Shown piece after piece: positions 1 through 5,668 of a stretch of DNA of 5,738 nucleotides. Source of the stretch: PVC group bacterium (GTDB lineage Bacteria > GCA-001730085 > JADFSZ01); contig JADFSZ010000117.1 in assembly GCA_022560555.1 (NCBI GenBank), positions 1 to 5,738 of the forward strand, read 5' to 3'. Every line of letters begins with the position of its first letter. The first letter of the stretch is position 1. The translations under genes were made by a program, and so were the position numbers. The notes below the pieces were generated by a model. It saw nothing but the letters and a program-made list of their open reading frames with translations. It did no database searches and had not been told where the DNA came from.

Positions 1-90
1 TGATGTGTACACTCGTTAGTATTATAATGGGCCTTGTTCCCATGCTTCTCGGAATCAAACGTTTAGAAAAACTTGAATATTGAGCCGTCC

Positions 91-1623
91 ATGAAATCTC
101 TCATAGAAATTCTTGAAAACACAGCCCGTAAAAAACCTCTTAAGGAAATGATTGTTAGCCCCGAGGAAAGGCTTATGTATTTTCAGGTTATAAACCGGGT
201 TCGGCGACTGGCCGGTATTTTGGCACATGATTTCCATGTAGAAGACGGAGATCGGGTTCTTATTCAGTTAAAGAATTCATCTCAATTTATCGTGAGTTAT
301 TTTGCCGTTTTGGAGGTAGGCGCCGTTCCTGTTCCTCTTGGAATATTTCTTTCAAAAAATGAAGTATCCTACATTATGAAGGACTCAGAACCGGTGCTCG
401 CGTTGTCAGTCGAAGAGTTTTTAGATAAGCTTGAGGGAGCCAAAATTGAAAGCGGGCAAGAACAAGTTCGACTCCTTTCGATGGATGAAGCCGGCCAATA
501 CGATAATGTTAAGAAATATTTAAAACATGTCCGGCCTTATTATCGTAAAAATAAGGATGATTTCGAAAAGATTGCCGTGATTATATATACCTCCGGGACA
601 ACAGGATACCCAAAGGGCGTGATGCTGACTCATGGGAACTTACTTGCCAATTTAAAGGCATCTGTTGAGAGAATTCCTTTTCAAGCCAGTGATCATGTGT
701 TGGGGTTTTTACCGTTTTACCATTCTTTTGCGTTTACGGTTTGTGTTCTTATACCTATTTACGTCGGAGCTACAATTTATATCAGACCTTCCGTAATTCC
801 CCTTCAGAAATTTATGTGGTGGGCTGTTAATAACGGCATTACGATGTTCCCGGGAGTTCCGAAAGTGTTTTATCTTTTAGCGAGAAGCAAGATCCCTCTC
901 TGGTTTCGATTATTTAACCGGATTCGAATGTGTATATCGGGCGCCGCTCCGTTAGATGAAAATACATTGCAGAATTTTGAGAAAACACTTCGCATCCCTC
1001 TCTTGGAGGGATACGGGTTATCCGAAGCTTCCCCGGTTGTATCCGCGAATCCTCTCATGGGTGTCCGAAAAGCACTCTCCGTTGGGCCTTCTCTCGAGGG
1101 AGTAGACGTTAAAATTATTGACAAAGACGAACGTGAATTGTCCGTGGGAAGCGTCGGCGAACTCATAGTCAAAGGGCCTAACGTAATGAAAGGGTACTAT
1201 AAAAAAGAGGAGGAAACAAAAGAAGCCATTAAAAATGGATGGCTTTTTACCGGGGATATAGCCCGTATTGATGAAGAAGGCTATATTTTTATTGTGGATA
1301 GAAAAAAAGATCTCATTATCGTAAATGGTTTGAATGTATATCCCCGTGAAGTTGAAGTTGTTCTCGAAAGTTATCCGAAAGTTAAAGAAGCGGCTGTTAT
1401 TAAAGGAATGACAACGACTTTTTCCGAATACCCGATTGCCGTTCTTGTTATTCAGGAGGGGGCAGAAACATCCGTGGATGAGCTGAATTGTTTTTGCCAA
1501 GAGCGCCTTTCTCCCTATAAAGTTCCGCGCCGATATTATTTTTGCGACAGCTTTCCTAAAACACCGACCGGAAAGACTCTCAAGCGGGAAATCAAAATCG
1601 AGGAAATGGAAGCGGCAAAGTAA
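91..1623 (+). CDS. AMP-forming acyl-CoA synthetase / fatty-acid--CoA ligase (ANL adenylate-forming superfamily); substrate not determinable from sequence
   Basis: The long ORF carries the canonical adenylation motifs in the correct order: YTSGTTGYPKGV (nt 586..621), GYGLSE, FTGD, VDRKKDLIIVNGLNVYP and the C-terminal PKTPTGKTLKRE. The ORF track starts it at TTG 73. I prefer the in-frame ATG at 91 (MKSLIEIL...), but neither start has a convincing SD, so the start is uncertain by 18 nt. The stop is TAA 1621..1623. Confidence 0.9.
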   Translation: MKSLIEILENTARKKPLKEMIVSPEERLMYFQVINRVRRLAGILAHDFHVEDGDRVLIQLKNSSQFIVSYFAVLEVGAVPVPLGIFLSKNEVSYIMKDSEPVLALSVEEFLDKLEGAKIESGQEQVRLLSMDEAGQYDNVKKYLKHVRPYYRKNKDDFEKIAVIIYTSGTTGYPKGVMLTHGNLLANLKASVERIPFQASDHVLGFLPFYHSFAFTVCVLIPIYVGATIYIRPSVIPLQKFMWWAVNNGITMFPGVPKVFYLLARSKIPLWFRLFNRIRMCISGAAPLDENTLQNFEKTLRIPLLEGYGLSEASPVVSANPLMGVRKALSVGPSLEGVDVKIIDKDERELSVGSVGELIVKGPNVMKGYYKKEEETKEAIKNGWLFTGDIARIDEEGYIFIVDRKKDLIIVNGLNVYPREVEVVLESYPKVKEAAVIKGMTTTFSEYPIAVLVIQEGAETSVDELNCFCQERLSPYKVPRRYYFCDSFPKTPTGKTLKREIKIEEMEAAK

Positions 1624-1626
1624 TTT

Positions 1627-1668
1627 TTTTATCTATATTAGTGAAATATTTCACTAATATAGATAAAA
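1627..1668. repeat. Perfect 42-bp palindrome (21+21, no mismatch, no spacer) beginning 4 nt after the ligase stop codon
   Basis: The sequence is TTTTATCTATATTAGTGAAAT|ATTTCACTAATATAGATAAAA. I checked it base by base, and pairing fails only at 1626/1669. It is AT-rich, preceded by T7 and followed by AAAATC. Confidence 0.95.
1639..1656. promoter_or_regulatory. Candidate distal Rex operator (core of the 42-bp palindrome)
   Basis: TAGTGAAATATTTCACTA compared with the Rex operator consensus TTGTGAA-N4-TTCACAA. GTGAA-N4-TTCAC is fully conserved with perfect dyad symmetry. The site lies about 100 bp upstream of the rex promoter -35. Confidence 0.55.
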
Positions 1669-1746
1669 TCATGATATATGTAATAGACTATAAATTTTAA
1701 ACTTACGTAAATATATTTCATGAATTTTGAACTGTAAAATATATTA

Positions 1747-1775
1747 TTGACAGATATCCTCAATTATGTTAATAA
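1747..1775 (+). promoter_or_regulatory. Sigma70-type promoter for rex-serC-serA
   Basis: The -35 is TTGACA (1747..1752), followed by a 17-nt spacer and the -10 TAATAA (1770..1775). A TG at 1767..1768 gives an extended -10 (TGtTAATAA). The promoter lies 36 nt upstream of the rex ATG. Confidence 0.6.
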
Positions 1776-1776
1776 T

Positions 1777-1794
1777 ATGTGAAATGATTCACCA
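1777..1794. promoter_or_regulatory. Candidate proximal Rex operator overlapping the predicted transcription start
   Basis: ATGTGAAATGATTCACCA compared with TTGTGAA-N4-TTCACAA. TGTGAA-N4-TTCAC is conserved. The site starts 2 nt after the -10 hexamer, which is a classic repressor position, and sits directly upstream of the rex gene itself. Confidence 0.7.
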
Positions 1795-1810
1795 ATAACA
1801 AAGGTTTATA

Positions 1811-2419
1811 ATGCTCCCGATTTGCACCTTAGAGAGGCTTTGTAAGATTTTTCAGGTTCTTGAGAGATATGAATTGGACCATATCCAGGCGGTGTCATCG
1901 AGGGACTTGGAAAAATGTATCCACGCCACATCTGTGACGATTCGTAAAGATATCAGCGCGATTGGGCGCGTGGGTGTCACAAAGAGAGGGTATGATGTCA
2001 TTGAGCTCAAAAAACATATCGGTGAACATCTTAAGCTCTTTCGTAAACGAAGAGCGTGTCTTGTCGGGCTGGGAAGAATCGGAGGCGCGCTTCTTGAGTA
2101 TCAAACCTTGCAAGATGATGGATTTGAAATCATAGCCGGATTTGATAACAATGTGAACAAAGTTGAACGTATGCGCACAGATATCCGGGTTTATCCCGTT
2201 CATGAATTGTTAGATATTGTAAAGAGCCATAGAATTGAACTAGGTATTATTGCCGTTCCGGGCGAAGCCGCGCAAAAAGTAGCCGATCAATTAAACAAAG
2301 CGGGTATTAAAGGGATTTTGAATTTTTCACCCGTTGGTATAGCGCTGCCGGATAGGGTCATAGTCGAAAATATTGATTTTACGACAGCTTTAAGAATTTT
2401 GGCCGCCAAAATGGGTTAG
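1811..2419 (+). CDS. rex: Redox-sensing transcriptional repressor Rex (NADH/NAD+ sensor)
   Basis: At 202 aa it has the typical Rex length. The N-terminal winged-helix region has the conserved ...IRKD...G..G...GY.V pattern (SVTIRKDISAIGRVGVTKRGYDV). A Rossmann GxGxxG motif follows (LVGLGRIGGALL), then GFD...V, IAVP, the conserved GIKGILNFSP and ENIDFT near the C-terminus. AAGG lies 6 nt upstream of the ATG. Confidence 0.92.
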   Translation: MLPICTLERLCKIFQVLERYELDHIQAVSSRDLEKCIHATSVTIRKDISAIGRVGVTKRGYDVIELKKHIGEHLKLFRKRRACLVGLGRIGGALLEYQTLQDDGFEIIAGFDNNVNKVERMRTDIRVYPVHELLDIVKSHRIELGIIAVPGEAAQKVADQLNKAGIKGILNFSPVGIALPDRVIVENIDFTTALRILAAKMG

Positions 2420-2446
2420 ATGAGAACATCAGAAAGGAATAAGGCG

Positions 2447-3529
2447 ATGAGAAAAGTTTTTAATTTTAGCGCGGGGCCGGCCGTTTTACCCCAAGAGGTT
2501 CTCCGGGAAGCAGCGGATGAAATGCTGGATTATCAAGGCTGTGGGATGTCTGTGATGGAGCTTTCTCATCGCGGCAAAGAGTTTGGTGAAATACTCGAAA
2601 ACGCTGAAAAACTTTTACGGGATCTTCTCAAGATTCCTAAGAATTATCACGTTTTGTTTCTTCAAGGCGGCGCCACCCTGCAGTTTGCTATGGTGCCTAT
2701 GAACCTTTTTGGAAAAACAGGACGCGCTCACTATTTTCATACGGGACTTTGGTCTAAAAAGGCCATTTTTGAAGCTAAGAAATTCGGAGAAGTTTTGATT
2801 TCTGCAAGCTCTGAAGATAAAAATTTCACATATTTGCCAACGGTTAAAGCGCAAGATCTTCAGCCGGACGGAGATTATATTTTTATGGTGACGAATAACA
2901 CGATTTACGGAACATGTTTTAAAAATATTCCGGATACAGGAAATATCCCTCTGGTGGGGGATATGTCTTCCAATATTCTTTCGGAGCCCATAGATGTGCA
3001 AAAATTCGGGATCATATTTGCCGGAGCTCAGAAAAACATCGGCCCGGCGGGTTTGACCATTGTGATCATTCGTGAAGACCTGGTTGAGAGGACTGAAAAG
3101 AAAATACCGACTTATCTCGATTATAAAACTCATGTTAAAAATAAGTCGCTTTATAATACACCTCCCTGTTACACCGTTTACCTGGCGAAACTTGTGTTTG
3201 AGTGGATCAAGGAGCAAGGGGGATTAGACGCTATGGGCAGGCGTAATCATGATAAAGCCGGTCTTTTATACGATTATCTTGATGCGTCAACATTGTTTAA
3301 ATCTCCCGTTGTAAAACACGACCGTTCGATCATGAATGTGACTTTTGTGACGGGGCAGCCCCAACTCGATGACATTTTTATCCGGGAGGCCGAAGGAGCC
3401 GGACTAAAGAACCTCAAAGGACATCGTGCCGTCGGAGGCATGCGGGCCAGCATTTATAATGCCATGCCGAAGGAAGGCGTGGAAACGCTTATTCGGTTTA
3501 TGGAAACATTTGAAAAAACACACACGTAA
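2447..3529 (+). CDS. serC: Phosphoserine aminotransferase (3-phosphoserine/phosphohydroxythreonine aminotransferase)
   Basis: It has the N-terminal SerC signature FNFSAGPAVLP...GMSVMELSHRGKEF, then FLQGGATLQF, the PLP-lysine region AGAQKNIGPAGLTIVIIR, and C-terminal GHRAVGGMRASIYNAMP. I place the start at ATG 2447 (GAAAGGA SD at 2432..2438, 8-nt spacing), which gives 360 aa, typical for SerC. The ORF-track start at ATG 2420 abuts the rex stop TAG (2417..2419) and remains possible. Confidence 0.93.
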   Translation: MRKVFNFSAGPAVLPQEVLREAADEMLDYQGCGMSVMELSHRGKEFGEILENAEKLLRDLLKIPKNYHVLFLQGGATLQFAMVPMNLFGKTGRAHYFHTGLWSKKAIFEAKKFGEVLISASSEDKNFTYLPTVKAQDLQPDGDYIFMVTNNTIYGTCFKNIPDTGNIPLVGDMSSNILSEPIDVQKFGIIFAGAQKNIGPAGLTIVIIREDLVERTEKKIPTYLDYKTHVKNKSLYNTPPCYTVYLAKLVFEWIKEQGGLDAMGRRNHDKAGLLYDYLDASTLFKSPVVKHDRSIMNVTFVTGQPQLDDIFIREAEGAGLKNLKGHRAVGGMRASIYNAMPKEGVETLIRFMETFEKTHT

Positions 3530-3539
3530 GGAGCAACTG

Positions 3540-4769
3540 ATGACAACAAAACATCCAAGCGCGAAAGTATCTTACGATCCCGGCACTGACAAGCCGTCTT
3601 ATAAAATTAAGACGCTGAATAAAATATCATCCGACGGATTAAGCCTTTTTGAACTTGACCGCTATGAAATCGGCAGTGAAATCCAAAATCCCGACGCCAT
3701 TGTTTTAAGAAGCTGTAAAATGCTCGATATGGATCTACCCGATACTCTTTTGGCTGTCGGAAGAGCCGGCATCGGTGTGAATAATATTCCGATTGAAAAA
3801 TGCACCGAAAGAGGAGTGGTTGTGATGAATACGCCGGGGGCCAACGCGAACGCGGTTAAGGAATTGGCTATACTTGGGCTTTTATTGTCCAGTCGGAAAA
3901 TTCTTGAAGGACTTGTATTTTCACAATCCCTCAAAGGAAAGGGGACCGAGATCCCGAATATTATTGAGGAACAAAAGAAAAACTACGGCGGCCAAGAAAT
4001 CGCGGGTAAACAGCTAGGGGTGATTGGCTTGGGAAAAATCGGTGTCATGCTGGCCAATAGTGCTTTGGATCTTGGAATGAATGTTGTCGGTTATGACCCT
4101 TTTATATCTGTCGAAGCGGCGTGGGGGTTGTCACGGGACGTGGAAAGAGAGGAAGGCCTCGACAGGCTTGTTGCCAAGTCGGATTATATCTCGATTCATA
4201 CACCCCTGACGGATGAAACACGGGGACTCATCGATATGGAGAAATTCCAAAGAATGAAAAAAGGGGTTCGATTACTTAATTTTTCACGCGGAGGCATCGT
4301 GAATAATGATGATCTTAAAAAAGCCATTGAAACAGGTGTTGTGGCCGGATATGTTACGGATTTCCCCGATGATGACCTTATTAACTCTAAAAATGTGATA
4401 TGTATTCCGCATTTGGGAGCCTCTACACGTGAAGCCGAAAGCAACTGCGCTCAAATGATGGCTCGACAAATGAAAGATTTCCTTGAGAACGGAAATATTA
4501 TCAATTCCGTTAATTTTCCGACATGCTCGCTAGAGCGAACGAGCAGCTATCGCCTTTTGATCGCAAACAGAAATATTCCGAATATGGTTGGGCAAATCTC
4601 AACAATACTCGCGAGAGAAGATATTAATATCGTCGAGATGCTTAACAAAAGCCGAGATGAGATCGCGTACAATATTATCGATATTTCCAGCCACGCGTCC
4701 AAGGCGATCATTCAAGCCATGGCCAAGACCAAGGGTGTGGTCACCGTCAGGCTATTGTCGCATGAATAA
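3540..4769 (+). CDS. serA: D-3-phosphoglycerate dehydrogenase, roughly 410-aa form with a C-terminal ACT regulatory domain
   Basis: It has 2-hydroxyacid dehydrogenase motifs: GIGVNNIP, NTPGANANAVKEL, the NAD-binding GKQLGVIGLGKIG, HTPLTDETRGLI, LLNFSRGGIV and the catalytic His region PHLGASTREAE. The C-terminal stretch NSVNFP...YRLLIANRNIPNMVGQISTILAREDINIVEM...IIDI is ACT-like and collinear with what I recall of E. coli SerA. The start is ATG 3540, with AAGGAG at 3528..3533 overlapping the serC stop TAA (3527..3529). The track's longer ORF (from 3426) overlaps serC and is rejected. Confidence 0.92.
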   Translation: MTTKHPSAKVSYDPGTDKPSYKIKTLNKISSDGLSLFELDRYEIGSEIQNPDAIVLRSCKMLDMDLPDTLLAVGRAGIGVNNIPIEKCTERGVVVMNTPGANANAVKELAILGLLLSSRKILEGLVFSQSLKGKGTEIPNIIEEQKKNYGGQEIAGKQLGVIGLGKIGVMLANSALDLGMNVVGYDPFISVEAAWGLSRDVEREEGLDRLVAKSDYISIHTPLTDETRGLIDMEKFQRMKKGVRLLNFSRGGIVNNDDLKKAIETGVVAGYVTDFPDDDLINSKNVICIPHLGASTREAESNCAQMMARQMKDFLENGNIINSVNFPTCSLERTSSYRLLIANRNIPNMVGQISTILAREDINIVEMLNKSRDEIAYNIIDISSHASKAIIQAMAKTKGVVTVRLLSHE

Positions 4770-4800
4770 TTAAAATCCTGAGACTTTCACTATCTCACAA

Positions 4801-4838
4801 AACCTCGAACGGGGAAATTTCCCGTCCGAGGTTTTTTT
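4801..4838 (+). terminator. Rho-independent terminator of the rex-serC-serA unit
   Basis: The stem is AACCTCGAACGGG (4801..4813) paired with CCCGTCCGAGGTT (4821..4833). It is 13 bp with one A/C mismatch and a GC-rich core, and the loop is GAAATTT. The stem runs directly into a T7 tract (4832..4838). It lies 32 nt after the serA stop. Confidence 0.88.
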
Positions 4839-4929
4839 ACGCAAGATTTAATTTAATAAGTTATTATATATAATCTAAGTAATATCAATATATTATAGAT
4901 TTACTGGGTCGTAATTCATATAAAACATC

Positions 4930-4959
4930 TTGACACAGGCCTTTAGGTCATGGTAAATT
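4930..4959 (+). promoter_or_regulatory. Sigma70-type promoter for mraZ (Pmra-like)
   Basis: The -35 is TTGACA (4930..4935), followed by an 18-nt spacer and the -10 TAAATT (4954..4959), with TG at 4951..4952 (extended -10). About 80 bp of very AT-rich, UP-element-like sequence precedes it. It lies 45 nt upstream of the mraZ ATG. Confidence 0.55.
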
Positions 4960-4986
4960 ATGGGTAGATGTGGGTAAAAGTGGGAT
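4951..4986 (+). promoter_or_regulatory. Candidate MraZ operator: four direct repeats at exact 10-bp spacing (TGGTA, TGGGTA, TGGGTA, TGGGAT)
   Basis: The sequence reads TGGTAaatta TGGGTAgatg TGGGTAaaag TGGGATaagt, with repeat starts at 4951, 4961, 4971 and 4981. This matches the arrangement described for E. coli MraZ autoregulation, where TGGGN repeats are separated by 5-nt spacers downstream of Pmra. The first, degenerate repeat overlaps the -10. Confidence 0.7.
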
Positions 4987-5004
4987 AAGTAAGGAGAATT
5001 CCCA

Positions 5005-5448
5005 ATGTTCATGGGTCATCATATCCATAAAATAGACGCGCGAGATCGCCTGAGCATACCCGTCCGAATGCGCGAAGAACTGTATCGCGGCGGCCGGGAG
5101 CATCCGATCATTACTGTGGGATTTGAAAAATGCCTGTTTTTGTATCCCATGGAGCGCTGGAAAAATTTTTCCGAAGAAGCCGAAAGCCTAAAAACATCCC
5201 GTGAAGATTCCCGGAAAATCGAGCGATTTTTATTTGCCAACGCCAGTGAGTGCCCTTTTGACAGCCAGGGCCGCATTCTTGTGGCGAAACATCTCTTGGA
5301 TTATGCCCAACTGAATAAAGACGTTGTGATTATCGGTGTGAGGAATCGTATTGAGCTATGGGACAAATCGGAATGGGAAACGCAATCCATGCTCATACGT
5401 AAAACCGTTTTAGACGTCTCAGAAAATATTGACGGATTTTCCATTTAA
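5005..5448 (+). CDS. mraZ: Transcriptional regulator MraZ (dcw cluster regulator, duplicated SpoVT/AbrB-like domains)
   Basis: At 147 aa it starts with MF.G like canonical MraZ. It has two DxxxR motifs in two half-domains (DARDRLSIP and DSQGRILVAKHL), and the typical ...RIELWDKSEWE near the C-terminus. AAGGAGA (4991..4997) lies 7 nt upstream of the ATG. Confidence 0.93.
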   Translation: MFMGHHIHKIDARDRLSIPVRMREELYRGGREHPIITVGFEKCLFLYPMERWKNFSEEAESLKTSREDSRKIERFLFANASECPFDSQGRILVAKHLLDYAQLNKDVVIIGVRNRIELWDKSEWETQSMLIRKTVLDVSENIDGFSI

Positions 5449-5464
5449 CGGATTTTCCATTTAA
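5433..5464 (+). repeat. Perfect 16-bp tandem duplication (2 copies of CGGATTTTCCATTTAA) spanning the mraZ stop codon
   Basis: Copy 1 is 5433..5448 (last codons GFSI plus TAA of mraZ) and copy 2 is 5449..5464. Both copies are followed by C, so identity extends to 17 nt. There are no mismatches. Confidence 0.95.
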
Positions 5465-5500
5465 CTGGTTTTCGATATAAACGGAAGGAGGTGCTTGTCC

Positions 5501-5668
5501 ATGAAATTAAGTGACGAATCAGAAAAAATTATTATGGATTTAGGAAAACAACTTACGAACAGGGAGTTAAAAGTGATGCTCCAGGAAGTTTTGACTCAGC
5601 TTGAGACGGGCAAAACACCGGCTGATAAAAACGTGAGGCTATACGACTCTAAAATTTCACTAAGATAA
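5501..5668 (+). CDS. Hypothetical small protein, 55 aa (absent from the supplied ORF track, whose shortest listed ORF is 60 aa)
   Basis: My hand translation is MKLSDESEKIIMDLGKQLTNRELKVMLQEVLTQLETGKTPADKNVRLYDSKISLR, with stop TAA 5666..5668. AAGGAGGTG (5485..5493) precedes it 7 nt upstream of the ATG and is the strongest SD in the window. The reading frame is closed upstream by TAA 5462..5464. The protein is hydrophilic with an amphipathic-helix pattern and no hydrophobic segment. I recognise no family. Confidence 0.55.
   Translation: MKLSDESEKIIMDLGKQLTNRELKVMLQEVLTQLETGKTPADKNVRLYDSKISLR

Noticed and set aside
5-28. An 8-bp palindrome GTGTACAC (5..12) and a perfect TATAAT (23..28) lie upstream of the ligase gene and could be a promoter plus operator.
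   Set aside because: The -35 region falls at or off the window edge and matches poorly (TGATGT). An 8-bp palindrome and one hexamer are too little evidence on their own.
1627-1668. The 42-bp palindrome read as the intrinsic terminator of the acyl-CoA ligase gene.
   Set aside because: The stem is almost entirely A/T, and on both strands the hairpin is followed by A's (AAAATC on +), not a U-tract. That is non-canonical, so I report it as a palindrome or operator candidate instead. Termination is not excluded experimentally.
1703-1724. Short palindromes TTACGTAA (1703..1710) and TTCATGAA (1717..1724) occur in the ligase-rex intergenic region.
   Set aside because: They are only 8 bp and do not extend. 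They do not fit the GTGAA-N4-TTCAC Rex core, and such palindromes are expected by chance in very AT-rich spacers.
2615-3217. A 200-aa minus-strand ORF lies antisense to serC. Other antisense ORFs are 55..237, 870..1172, 1018..1500, 1895..2203, 3662..3934, 4196..4444, 4284..4469 and 5019..5276.
   Set aside because: All lie entirely within strongly supported + strand genes. Their compositions are low-complexity and rich in F/N/I/R/S, typical of antisense frames in AT-rich DNA. I saw no recognisable motifs or convincing SDs.
3426-3539. The ORF track extends the serA reading frame 38 codons upstream (MPSEACGPAF...), overlapping serC by 104 nt.
   Set aside because: The extension has no dehydrogenase-like sequence and lies inside the well-supported serC C-terminus. 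The ATG at 3540 has a perfect AAGGAG SD at 6-nt spacing and gives a length like that of E. coli SerA. The extension is an artefact of taking the longest ORF.
4588-4773. A 61-aa + strand ORF lies in an alternative frame over the serA ACT domain.
   Set aside because: It is an R/S/P-rich out-of-frame product nested in a conserved domain. I noticed no SD, so it is most likely spurious.
5450-5458. GGATTTTCC within the tandem repeat resembles a eukaryotic kappaB-type site or a short GGA...TCC dyad.
   Set aside because: A 3-bp dyad is not meaningful, and a eukaryotic transcription-factor motif has no relevance in an evidently bacterial operon context.
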